Assembly (NCBI GenBank): GCA_003223145.1
Contig: QHXY01000039.1
Span: 1-41,466 of the forward strand
DNA: 41,466 bases
Direction: 5' to 3'
Source: Acidobacteriota bacterium
Lineage (GTDB): Bacteria > Acidobacteriota > Polarisedimenticolia > Gp22-AA2
The position numbers and the translations under genes were made by a program. Each line of letters starts with the position of its first letter. Within the stretch, counting starts at the first letter, position 1. Under the pieces are notes generated by a model. That model worked only from the letters and a program-made list of their open reading frames with translations, had not been told where the DNA came from and made no database searches. Shown piece by piece: positions 1 through 8,280 of the stretch.

Positions 1-501
1 GAAATACCAGTCGGCGACGCTGCCGTTGGTGATCCACATCTTTGATCCCTTGAGAACGTACTCGTCGCCGACCTTGCGCGCGACCGTCTTGATCCCCTGC
101 ACGTCGGAGCCCGCCTGGGGCTCGGTGACACAATAGGCGGCGAACTTGAAGTCCTTCGTCATCGGAGTCAGGAAACGCCGCTTCTGCTCGTCGGATCCCC
201 CGACGATCACCGGCGCCTCGGCAAGCGTGTTGGCCTCCATCGCCGTGCCGATGCCGGTGCAGCCCCAGGCGACTTCCTCCGCGATCAGGCAGCCGTCCAG
301 AACGCCGAGCCCGGGCCCGCCGTACTGCTCCGGGATGTGGGTGTTCATCAAGCCGAGGTCCCACGCCTTGCGGCAGATGTCGCGCGGGAACTCGCCGGTC
401 TGGTCGTGGTGCGCCGCCTTCGGGACGATCTCCTTGCCGGCGAACTCGCGCGCCAGGGCGCGAAGCTGCTGCTGCTCGTCCGTCAGGGCGAAATCGACCA
501 T
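1..501 (-). CDS. acyl-CoA dehydrogenase, N-terminal part; the gene runs off the left edge of the window
   Basis: It is absent from the ORF track because it is truncated. Minus-strand translation from ATG 501-499 reads MVDFALTDEQQQLRALAREFAGKEIVPKAAHHDQTGEFPRDICRKAWDLGLMNTHIPEQYGGPGLG...YCVTEPQAGSDVQGIKT...GSKMWITNG, a typical ACAD N/middle-domain pattern. A GGGAGG SD lies 6 nt upstream. Confidence 0.85.
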   Translation of the reverse strand, partial: MVDFALTDEQQQLRALAREFAGKEIVPKAAHHDQTGEFPRDICRKAWDLGLMNTHIPEQYGGPGLGVLDGCLIAEEVAWGCTGIGTAMEANTLAEAPVIVGGSDEQKRRFLTPMTKDFKFAAYCVTEPQAGSDVQGIKTVARKVGDEYVLKGSKMWITNGSVADWYF

Positions 502-616
502 CGTGCGCCTCCCGGGGGAGCCCGTCCGGGTATCCGGATGGGCAGGGCCTTCGCGGCCATGGACAGCGATACGGCGCCGCCGGGCGGGACCGCCCGGCGG
601 CGCCGGGTACGCCATG

Positions 617-1105
617 CTACTTCTTCTGGGCCATCTTCTTTTCGAACTCCGCCTGGCCCTTGGCGATCTGCTCCGGCGTCAGGTCAGCGATACGGGTCGC
701 GATGCCCCAGTGATGCCCGAACGGATCGACGACCTTGCCGTACCGGTCGCCCCAGAACATGTCCGCCACCGGCATCATCACCTTCGCCCCGGCGTCGACA
801 GCTTTCTTGACGACGGCATCGACGTCCTGGACGTAGAGGAAGGTCGATCCTGTGACCGCGCCCGCCGACTGCGGCGCCTTGACGTCGGGTGCCATCTGAG
901 GATTCTCATCGGCCAGGAAGACCATCGAGTCGCCGACCTTGATCTCGGCGTGCATGATCCGGCCGTCCGGACTGGGCATGGTCATTCGGGTCTCGGCGCC
1001 GAAGGCCTTCTTGTAAAACTCGAGGGCGCGCTTGGTGTCGCGCAGCACCAGGTACGGTGTGACGCTGTGGTAACCCTCGGGAATCGGCTTGACGTTCTTG
1101 GCCAT
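617..1105 (-). CDS. VOC/glyoxalase-family protein (PhnB-like)
   Basis: Internal ATG at 1105 (MAKNVKPIPEGYHSVTPYLVLRD...FWGDRYGKVVDPFGHHWGIA) is preceded by GAGAGGAGAG. The longer track ORF to 1291 adds only Arg-rich, non-protein-like sequence. Confidence 0.85.
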   Translation of the reverse strand: MAKNVKPIPEGYHSVTPYLVLRDTKRALEFYKKAFGAETRMTMPSPDGRIMHAEIKVGDSMVFLADENPQMAPDVKAPQSAGAVTGSTFLYVQDVDAVVKKAVDAGAKVMMPVADMFWGDRYGKVVDPFGHHWGIATRIADLTPEQIAKGQAEFEKKMAQKK

Positions 1106-1212
1106 GGAAGTCTCTCCTCTCTCGAATCGGGCCCGCGCAGGGGATGTCACCGTGATGCGCGACATCCTACACCCGTTCCCTGCCGCCCGGCGACCCGCCG
1201 GGTCTGCGAGAC

Positions 1213-2571
1213 TTGCGCACCTCGCGAGATGCAGACCGCAACGCGGCGCGCCGCGCCTTCGATCACGACGGCTGGCCCCGGACGTCGGCACGGGAGCGCG
1301 GCCGGATTCTGTTCCGCCTGGCCGAGCACGTCCGGGCGACCGCCAAGACGCTCGCCGAGATCGAGACGATCAACAACGGCAAGCCGCTGGCCGAGGCGGA
1401 GGGGGACGTCTCGGACGCGGCCTTCTGCTTCGAGTACTACGGCGGGCTGGCGACCAAGATCCGCGGCGACGTCCTGACCGTCCCCGACAACGCTCTGGCG
1501 CTCGCCGTGAAGGAACCGGTTGGCGTCGCCGGCCAGATCGTGCCGTGGAACTACCCGCTGATGATGGCGGTGCAGAAACTGGCGCCGGCGCTGGCGGCCG
1601 GCTGTACCTCGATCCTCAAGCCGGCCGAGCAGACGCCGGTCTCGATCCTCGAGCTGGCGAAGGGCTTCGAGGCGTGTGGCGTGCCGCGTGGCGTCATCAA
1701 CATCGTCAGCGGCGCCGGCGAGAGCGCCGGCGCGCCGATCGTCACCCATCCCGGAGTGGACAAGATCGCCTTCACCGGAAGCGGCGACGTCGGCCGGCTG
1801 ATCATGCGGGAGGCGGCGGCCACCCTGAAGCGGGTCTCTCTCGAGCTCGGCGGCAAATCGCCCAACATCTTCTTCGCCGACGCCGATTTCGAGCAGGCGG
1901 TCGAGGGGGCGCTGTTCGGCGTGTTCCTGAATCAGGGAGAGGTCTGCTCCGCGGGCAGCCGGGTGCTGGTGCAGAAGCCGATCTACAGGAAGCTCCTGGA
2001 CGCGATGGTGGACAGGGCGAAGGCCATCGCGGTCGGTCCCGGTCTCCTGCCCGGAACCATGATGGGACCCCTGGTCAGTCAGGAGCAGTATGACAAGGTG
2101 ATGTCGTACCTCGAGATCGGCCGCAGGGAGGCGAAGCTCGCCCTCGGCGGTGGCCGCCCGAAGGCGCTCCCGAAGGGTGCGGAGCGCGGCTTCTTTGTCG
2201 AGCCGACGATTTTCTACGACGTGGACAACCGGGCGAGGATCGCCCGCGAGGAGATCTTCGGCCCGGTCATGTCGGTGATCCCGTTTGACACGGAGGAGGA
2301 GGCCTGCCGCATCGCCAACGACACGCCCTACGGGCTGGCCGCCGCGGTCTGGACCCGCGACATCTTCAAGGCGATGCGGACCGTGCGCGCTCTCCGGGCT
2401 GGAATCGTCTGGGTCAACCACATGCAGCCCGCGCCGGTGGAGGCGCCCTGGGGGGGCTACAAGCAGTCCGGCTTCGGACGGGAGCTCGGCCCGTACGGTC
2501 TCGACGAGTACCTGGAGATCAAGCAGGTCTACATCAACCTCGACGACCGGCCGATCGGATGGTACAGGTAA
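1213..2571 (+). CDS. NAD(P)-dependent aldehyde dehydrogenase; 5' end uncertain or truncated
   Basis: Contains VPWNYP, FTGSGDVG, ELGGKSP, GEVCSAGSR (catalytic Cys) and PWGGYKQSGFGRE. The only in-frame start is TTG 1213, which leaves the protein about 35-45 aa short at the N-terminus compared with typical family members. Confidence 0.85.
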   Translation: MRTSRDADRNAARRAFDHDGWPRTSARERGRILFRLAEHVRATAKTLAEIETINNGKPLAEAEGDVSDAAFCFEYYGGLATKIRGDVLTVPDNALALAVKEPVGVAGQIVPWNYPLMMAVQKLAPALAAGCTSILKPAEQTPVSILELAKGFEACGVPRGVINIVSGAGESAGAPIVTHPGVDKIAFTGSGDVGRLIMREAAATLKRVSLELGGKSPNIFFADADFEQAVEGALFGVFLNQGEVCSAGSRVLVQKPIYRKLLDAMVDRAKAIAVGPGLLPGTMMGPLVSQEQYDKVMSYLEIGRREAKLALGGGRPKALPKGAERGFFVEPTIFYDVDNRARIAREEIFGPVMSVIPFDTEEEACRIANDTPYGLAAAVWTRDIFKAMRTVRALRAGIVWVNHMQPAPVEAPWGGYKQSGFGRELGPYGLDEYLEIKQVYINLDDRPIGWYR

Positions 2572-2969
2572 CGGGACCGACGTCTCGCTTCGGACGCCGG
2601 CTGTTCGAGCGCCGGCACGAGCCGCTGCTCCCGCCCAGGAAATTCGTCCACCGCGTGGCCCGCTACGCCAGCTTCGCCGGGCTGCTCGTCGTCGGATCCC
2701 TCGGTCTCGGTATCCTCGGATATCATGTGTGGGGCGGTCTGGCGTGGCTCGACGCGCTGGTCAACGCGTCGATGATCCTGACCGGCATGGGGCCGGTCGA
2801 TCCGATCACCTCGGTGGCCGGCAAGCTGTTCGAGTCGTTCTACGCGCTGTTCAGCGGCGTGGCGTTTCTGTCCATCGTCGCCGTCCTGTTCGCGCCGGTG
2901 GCGCACCGCTTCCTGCACCGGTTCCACCTGGAGCTGGGCGATGGGCCGGCCGGCGGCAAGCCGCGCTGA
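2559..2969 (+). CDS. small two-TM pore-loop (K+-channel-like) membrane protein with a non-canonical filter
   Basis: Layout is TM1 (YASFAGLLVVGSLGLGILGY), a pore-helix-like WLDALVNASMILTGMGPVDP, then TM2 (GKLFESFYALFSGVAFLSIVAVLF). This mirrors the Ion_trans_2 layout, with TGMGP where TVGYG is expected. Overlaps the ALDH stop by 13 nt. Confidence 0.55.
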   Translation: MVQVTGPTSRFGRRLFERRHEPLLPPRKFVHRVARYASFAGLLVVGSLGLGILGYHVWGGLAWLDALVNASMILTGMGPVDPITSVAGKLFESFYALFSGVAFLSIVAVLFAPVAHRFLHRFHLELGDGPAGGKPR

Positions 2970-3006
2970 CCTTCCCGGAGCCGGCCGTCTTCGCGAAGGG
3001 GGCTCG

Positions 3007-3609
3007 ATGCGCATCGACAGCGCCTCTGAGTTCGTGCAGGCGGCGGTGGCCGCGGTGGTGTTTTTCTGCTGGCTCGCCCTGGCGGCTGTCTTCCTCTTCA
3101 AGGCCAGGGGCCGGAGACCGGAGACGGAGCGCCGCGTGCCCGCGTCGATCGCCGGGATCGTCCTGCAGGGGTTCGGCTTCGCCTGTTCCTGGGGCCCGCA
3201 GCGGCGGACCTTCGGCCCGTTCACACCCGGCCCGCCGGCGCTCGGCCTGATCCTCGCGGGTCTGGCCGCGTCGCTGGCGGTCGGCTCGACCTGGCTGACG
3301 CTCCTGGCCGTCCGGGTGCTCGGCAGGGAATGGAGCTTCCAGGCACGCCTGGTCGAGGGCCATCGACTGGTGACCGAGGGACCGTACGGACTGGTGCGCC
3401 ATCCGATCTACACCGGCATGCTGGGTATGCTGCTGGCCACCAATCTCGCGGTCGGCCACTGGATCGCGCTCGCCCCGGGGCTCGTCCTCTTCGCGGCCGG
3501 CACCTTCATCCGGGTGCGCAGCGAGGAGAAGCTCCTGCGCGCCGCCTTCGGTCAGAGATTCGAAGAGTACGCCCGCCGCGTGCCGGCGGTGATCCCCGGA
3601 CTGCGCTGA
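3007..3609 (+). CDS. isoprenylcysteine carboxyl / phospholipid methyltransferase-family membrane protein
   Basis: Contains EGHRLVTEGPYGLVRHPIYTGMLGMLLA...RSEEKLL and several TM helices. Start ATG 3007 (MRIDSA) follows AAGGGGG. Confidence 0.85.
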   Translation: MRIDSASEFVQAAVAAVVFFCWLALAAVFLFKARGRRPETERRVPASIAGIVLQGFGFACSWGPQRRTFGPFTPGPPALGLILAGLAASLAVGSTWLTLLAVRVLGREWSFQARLVEGHRLVTEGPYGLVRHPIYTGMLGMLLATNLAVGHWIALAPGLVLFAAGTFIRVRSEEKLLRAAFGQRFEEYARRVPAVIPGLR

Positions 3610-3616
3610 CACTCTC

Positions 3617-4279
3617 ATGGACTCCAGCTTCCCGGAGAACCGCGCCATGACGTCCCGATCGGTCGGCAGAGCAAACAGGCGCGCCACACGGGACGCGGCG
3701 ACGCGCCCGTCGGTCCCGTCTGGGAAGTACGCGGACGGTGAGCGGGTGCTGCGGGCTCTGGCCCGGCAGGGGTTGCTTCTCCTGCAGGACCCCCGGCTGC
3801 CCAGCGTGGCGGGGCTGGTCGCGGGCGGCCCGGTGCACGGTTCGTGGTGGGGGCACCCGAAAGGGCAGCAAATCTTCCGGGTGTCCGAGTGGCTGGCCGA
3901 TCACCCCGAGGTTCTCGTGAACCGCCTGGTGTCGCGCAAGGTGACCTACGTGCACAGGAGGTTGTGGCCCGCGATCCTCGCCGTCGCCCGGGCCCGCGAG
4001 CCGTGGCAGACGCGCGGGTTGTCCCGGATGGCGCGCGCGATCCTGACACGGTTGAGGCGCTTCGGCAGGCTGCGGACCGATCGCATCGCGGGGCCGGCGC
4101 GGCGCGTCTCCGGCGCGGCGCGCGAGCTCGAGGAGAGTCTGCTGGTGCACACCGAGTGGATCCACACGGAGCGCGGCGCGCACGCGCGGATGCTGGAGAC
4201 CTGCTCGGAACGACCGGGCGCGCCGCGCCGACGCCCGGGGACGCCGTCGCCACGCTGGAGCGCCTCGTGGCCGGGATGA
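3617..4279 (+). CDS. hypothetical protein; the true 3' end is probably 4338 after a frame change near 4200-4240
   Basis: The body shows coding-like codon position bias (…GSWWGHPKGQQIFRVSEWLADHPEVLV…). The tail in frame 1 ([27 protein letters not shown], stop 4336-4338) has coding-type position bias. The tail of the annotated frame does not. Confidence 0.5.
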   Translation: MDSSFPENRAMTSRSVGRANRRATRDAATRPSVPSGKYADGERVLRALARQGLLLLQDPRLPSVAGLVAGGPVHGSWWGHPKGQQIFRVSEWLADHPEVLVNRLVSRKVTYVHRRLWPAILAVARAREPWQTRGLSRMARAILTRLRRFGRLRTDRIAGPARRVSGAARELEESLLVHTEWIHTERGAHARMLETCSERPGAPRRRPGTPSPRWSASWPG

Positions 4280-4339
4280 ACGCCGACTGCGCGGCCAACG
4301 GACGCCTGCCCTGGCAGGAGCACCCCGGGAAGAGCTGAA

Positions 4340-5717
4340 GTGGTGAGCTTTCGCAGCGCCCTGCGCTTCTGGGTCAAGCTGGGCTTCATCAGCTTCGGGG
4401 GCCCGGCTGGCCAGATCGCCATCATGCACCGGGAGATCGTCGAGCGGAAGCGCTGGATCCCCGAAGAACAGTTCCTGCGGGCCCTCAATTTCTGCATGAT
4501 CCTGCCGGGGCCCGAGGCGCAGCAGCTCGCGGTGTACATCGGCTGGCTCCTGCACGGAACCCCGGGTGGCGTCGCAGCCGGCGCCCTCTTCGTGATCCCA
4601 TCGATCGTCGTGCTGCTCGTCCTGAGCTGGCTTGTGGCGGCACACGCCCGGGTGCCTGCTGTGGCCGGTCTGCTGTACGGCGTCCAGCCGGTCGTCATCG
4701 CGATTGTCGCCGAGGCGGTCCTGCGCATCGGCCGCAGGGCCCTGCGTCACCCCGCTCTCTATCTCTTCGCTGCCGGCGCTTTCATTGCGATCTATTTTTT
4801 TTCAGTGCCGTTCCCCCTCATCGTCGTGGGAGCGGCCGCCGGGGGCCTGCTCCTGGAGCGCGCCCTCCCCGGCGTCCTCCATCCGCGCCGGCCGGGCGCG
4901 GGCGCCGGGACGCCCACTCCCCGGCGTGTTCCATTCGCGCCGGCTGGGCGCGCTCGGCGGGACGATGGCCGGAGCGGCTGGCGACGTCGATCGGCCCGCG
5001 CGCGGCGCGGCCGGGGCGCGGGCGGCGTACCCGTCCATCGGGCGCGCGATTCGGATCGTCGGCCTGTTCGCGGCGCTGTGGGCCGTGCCGGTCGGGACTC
5101 TCTGGCTGTGGCGGGGCCGCGGGGACGTCCTGGTCCGCGAGGCCCTGTTCTTCACCGAGGCGGCGTTCGTCACCTTCGGCGGGGCGTACGCCGTGCTCGC
5201 CTACATCGCGCACATGGCCGTGAACGTCTACGGCTGGCTGAGCGCCACCCAGATGGTGCAGGGGCTGGCGCTGGCCGAATCGACTCCGGGCCCGCTCATC
5301 ATGGTCACGCAGTACGTCGGCTTCCTCGGAGCGTGGAACCAGCCCGGGCCGATCGGCCCGCTCGCCAACGGCATCCTCGGAGCGCTGATCACGACCTACG
5401 TCACGTTCCTGTTCTGCTTCATGTTCATCTTCGTCGGGGCGCCGTACATCGAGGCGCTCGCGGACCACCGCCGCATCCAGGCGGCCCTGGTTGGCGTGAC
5501 CGCCGCGGTCGTCGGCGTGATTCTCAATCTGGCCGTCTTCTTCGCGAGCCGGGTGCTGTTCCCCGCGGGCGGCTCGCTGGACCTCTTGGCCCTCCTCCTG
5601 GCGTCGCTGTCGTTCGCCGCCCTCCTGCGCTGGCGGCTGCCCATCCAGTACCTGGTGGCGGCGGGAGCGCTGGCCGGGATGGCGTGGAGACTTCTGGTGG
5701 CGGCGGGAGGCCCTTGA
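4340..5717 (+). CDS. chrA: chromate transporter ChrA (two CHR domains), split by an apparent frameshift
   Basis: The N-domain is in frame 2 from GTG 4340 ([27 protein letters not shown]...PGPEAQQLA). The C-domain is in frame 3 ([14 protein letters not shown]...[17 protein letters not shown]...), ending at TGA 5715-5717. The frame switch lies somewhere in 4860-5030. Frame 2 runs on as Arg/Gly junk to 5764. Confidence 0.85.
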
Positions 5718-5816
5718 ACCGACCCCTTGACGTCGCGGCAACAGCCGGGCCTTACCCGTGGTAGAGTTCCCGCGGTTTTGCCGGTCCGATACCCAACACT
5801 TTCGCTGGAGGAACAG

Positions 5817-6083
5817 ATGCCCAAGAAAGGTCGCAAGCCGAGCGCCGCCTTCATGAAGCCGTTGACGCCCAGCGAGGCGCTCGCCGAGGTGATTGGCTCT
5901 AAGGCGATGCCGCGCACTCAAGTCACCAAGAAGCTCTGGGACTACATCAAGAAGCACAAGCTGCAGGACAGCAAGAACCGAAGAAACATCAACGCGGACG
6001 AAGCCCTGAAGAAGGTGTTCGGCGGCAAGAAGCAGGTCAGCATGTTCGAGATGACCAAGCTCGTCTCCAAGCACTTGAAGTAA
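5817..6083 (+). CDS. SWIB/MDM2-domain protein (88 aa)
   Basis: Sequence is MPKKGRKPSAAFMKPLTPSEALAEVIGSKAMPRTQVTKKLWDYIKKHKLQDSKNRRNINADEALKKVFG. ATG 5817 follows GGAGGAACAG. Local GC is clearly lower than the flanks. Confidence 0.85.
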   Translation: MPKKGRKPSAAFMKPLTPSEALAEVIGSKAMPRTQVTKKLWDYIKKHKLQDSKNRRNINADEALKKVFGGKKQVSMFEMTKLVSKHLK

Positions 6084-6247
6084 GACCAGCCTGCGGAACG
6101 CTGCCGCCGCGGCCGGGGCCCCGGGTTCCCGGCGCGGTCGCCGCAGGCGTCGGAGTCCGCTCCTCCGCCCGCCGTGCGGCCGGTCGTGGCCCGGCCGGTG
6201 CCGTCCGGCCCGCGGGCGGAGGGGGGGCCGCCCGCCATGAGAGGTCG

Positions 6248-6979
6248 ATGAGCGACAGCGCGTCCACCGGCGGCCCGGGCGGGTACGGACCGGCACCGCC
6301 GCCGCTTGTCGCGTCCCCGCCGGTCGCGTGGCCGGCGTCCGAGTCGTCCCCCCGACCGAGCGAACCGCCCGAGCCCTGGGTGTCGATCTGGTCGCGGCCG
6401 CGCGTCACCCTCCGCCACATCCTGGAGACCAGCCCCCGCCGGGGTCTGTTCCGCTTGGCCGCGATCGGTGGAATCGCGCAGTGTCTCGCGGCCGCCACGC
6501 AACCGGGTTTCGGCGATGCCTATTCGATCCCGGTCGTCGTCTCGGTGGCGATAGCGGGCGGGGCGCTCGCGGGCATTGTCGGGATGTTCATCTTCTCCGC
6601 GCTCATCGGCATGACCGGGCGATGGCTCGGCGGGCGCGGCGGGATGCCGGAGGTCATGACGGCCCTGGCCTGGGCCAACGTGCCGGCCATCTGGAGCCTC
6701 GCCCTCTGGCTGCCCCGAGCGGCTCTCCTGGGGGAGGAGACGTTCCACTCGCTCCCTGCCAGCATCGAGGAGACTCCTCCGGCCGCCCTGCTCTTCGCCG
6801 TGCTCCAGGGGATCCAGGCGATCATCGCCGTGTGGGCTTTCGTGATCCTGCTGAAATGCCTCGGCGAGGCGCACGCCTTCTCTGCCTGGCGGGCCCTTGG
6901 CGCCCTGCTGCTGGCCGCCCTGGTCCTGGCGGTGCCGATCGCGTTGATGGCAATTCTGGGGCTGTCGCTGGGCCGTTGA
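6248..6979 (+). CDS. Yip1-family integral membrane protein with a Pro-rich N-terminus
   Basis: Has five predicted TM helices and the Yip1-like pattern (…WSRPRVTLRHIL…GMTGRWLGG…AWANVP…). A GAGAGG SD precedes the ATG. Confidence 0.75.
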   Translation: MSDSASTGGPGGYGPAPPPLVASPPVAWPASESSPRPSEPPEPWVSIWSRPRVTLRHILETSPRRGLFRLAAIGGIAQCLAAATQPGFGDAYSIPVVVSVAIAGGALAGIVGMFIFSALIGMTGRWLGGRGGMPEVMTALAWANVPAIWSLALWLPRAALLGEETFHSLPASIEETPPAALLFAVLQGIQAIIAVWAFVILLKCLGEAHAFSAWRALGALLLAALVLAVPIALMAILGLSLGR

Positions 6980-7019
6980 CGCCGGCGCGGGGGCGCTGCG
7001 GACGTTCCCGCTGCGGCGG

Positions 7020-8228
7020 TCAGGCCGACTCGACCTGCTCGAGGATTCCGGCCAGGAGTGCGGCGCGCGGGGCGATCCGGTCCAGGCGCACCCTCTCAGT
7101 CTCGGCGTGCGCCCCCTCGCCCTCGACCCCGAGACCGTCGAGGACCGGAACGCCGATCGCGGCGCAGTACGACCCGTCGCTCCCGCCCCCCGTCGATCCT
7201 TCCCCGAGCGAGAAGCCGACCTGCCGCGCGACCCGCCCGGCCTGCTCGTGCAGCGAGACGATCGCCGCGGTGCGGACCATCGGGGGATGGGTCAGCGTCG
7301 CCTCGACGCGCAGCCGGGCCCGCGGGTTCCGCGGACGGAGATTCAGCACGCTTGTTTCGAGGCGCTTCCACTCCTCGGGGGCAGGCACGCGGACGTCGAA
7401 CTCGGCGCGCGCCTGCGGCGCCACGACGTTTCGGGCGACGCCGCCGCTGATGAGCCCTGCGTGCAGTGTCGTACCGGCGGCGCGGTCCTGGAGGACCTTC
7501 AGGGCCAGCACCTGCGCCGCCAGCTCTTCGATGGCGTTCACCCCTTTGTCCGGGTCGATGCCGGCGTGGGCCGGCACGCCGATCACTTCGACGATCACCC
7601 GGCCGACCCCCTTGCGAGCCGTCTTCGCCCCGCCGTCGGGGTTGCACGGCTCAAGCCCGAGGACATAGCGCGCCGCGCGCGCCTCCGTCTCGATGCGCGG
7701 GCGCGACACGGGGCTGCCGGTCTCCTCGTCGCCGCTGAACAGACAGACGATCGGCAGCCGCGGCCGCAGGACCCGCTCCTTGAAGGCGCGCGCCAGCAGG
7801 ACGCACAGGACGATCCCGGCCTTCATGTCGAAGACGCCGGGACCGCTGGCCAGCGCTCCCTCGACCCGGAAGGGCCGCCGCGCCGCCTCGCCCCGGGGCC
7901 AGACCGTATCGAAGTGGCCCAGCAGCAGGGCGGATCGCGCAGGCGCGGGAGGTTCAGCGTCCCCCCGGAAGGGGAGCGCGCCACGGCCGTCGGTGGTGTC
8001 GGGTTCCGAGCCGAACGCCGCGCGCAGGACGTCGCCCGCTCCCTGCTGCGGGATCGACGTCACCGCGGCGCCCGCGGCGCGAAACTCCGCCGCCGCCAGC
8101 GTCCCGACCCTGTCGACGCCTTCCTTATCGGACGTCGGCGAGTCGATTGACACCAGCCTTCCGAGCAGATCGACGGCGAAGCCGGCCTGGGACTCGAAAT
8201 AGGCAAGCAGGTCCCGCTCCCTGCTCAT
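7020..8228 (-). CDS. M20-family metallopeptidase (carboxypeptidase G2 / glutamate carboxypeptidase-like)
   Basis: Contains LLLGHFDTVWP, GPGVFDMKAG, SGDEETGS and GGSDGS. Start ATG 8228 (MSRERD). Confidence 0.85.
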   Translation of the reverse strand: MSRERDLLAYFESQAGFAVDLLGRLVSIDSPTSDKEGVDRVGTLAAAEFRAAGAAVTSIPQQGAGDVLRAAFGSEPDTTDGRGALPFRGDAEPPAPARSALLLGHFDTVWPRGEAARRPFRVEGALASGPGVFDMKAGIVLCVLLARAFKERVLRPRLPIVCLFSGDEETGSPVSRPRIETEARAARYVLGLEPCNPDGGAKTARKGVGRVIVEVIGVPAHAGIDPDKGVNAIEELAAQVLALKVLQDRAAGTTLHAGLISGGVARNVVAPQARAEFDVRVPAPEEWKRLETSVLNLRPRNPRARLRVEATLTHPPMVRTAAIVSLHEQAGRVARQVGFSLGEGSTGGGSDGSYCAAIGVPVLDGLGVEGEGAHAETERVRLDRIAPRAALLAGILEQVESA

Positions 8229-8280
8229 AGGAGTTCCTCGAACCGGGCGCATGCCTCGAAGCGCTGCGCCCCGGAGGTGG

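Noticed and set aside
579-598. GC hairpin GCCGGGCG-g.gac.c-CGCCCGGC downstream of the VOC gene (minus strand) as a terminator.
   Set aside because: No U-tract follows on the relevant strand. It could be a stabilising hairpin or nothing, so it is not reported as a terminator.
4795-4802. T8 homopolymer inside chrA as the frameshift site or a phase-variation tract.
   Set aside because: Frame 2 reads sensible transmembrane sequence straight through it ([20 protein letters not shown]). The frame change must lie further downstream, in 4860-5030.
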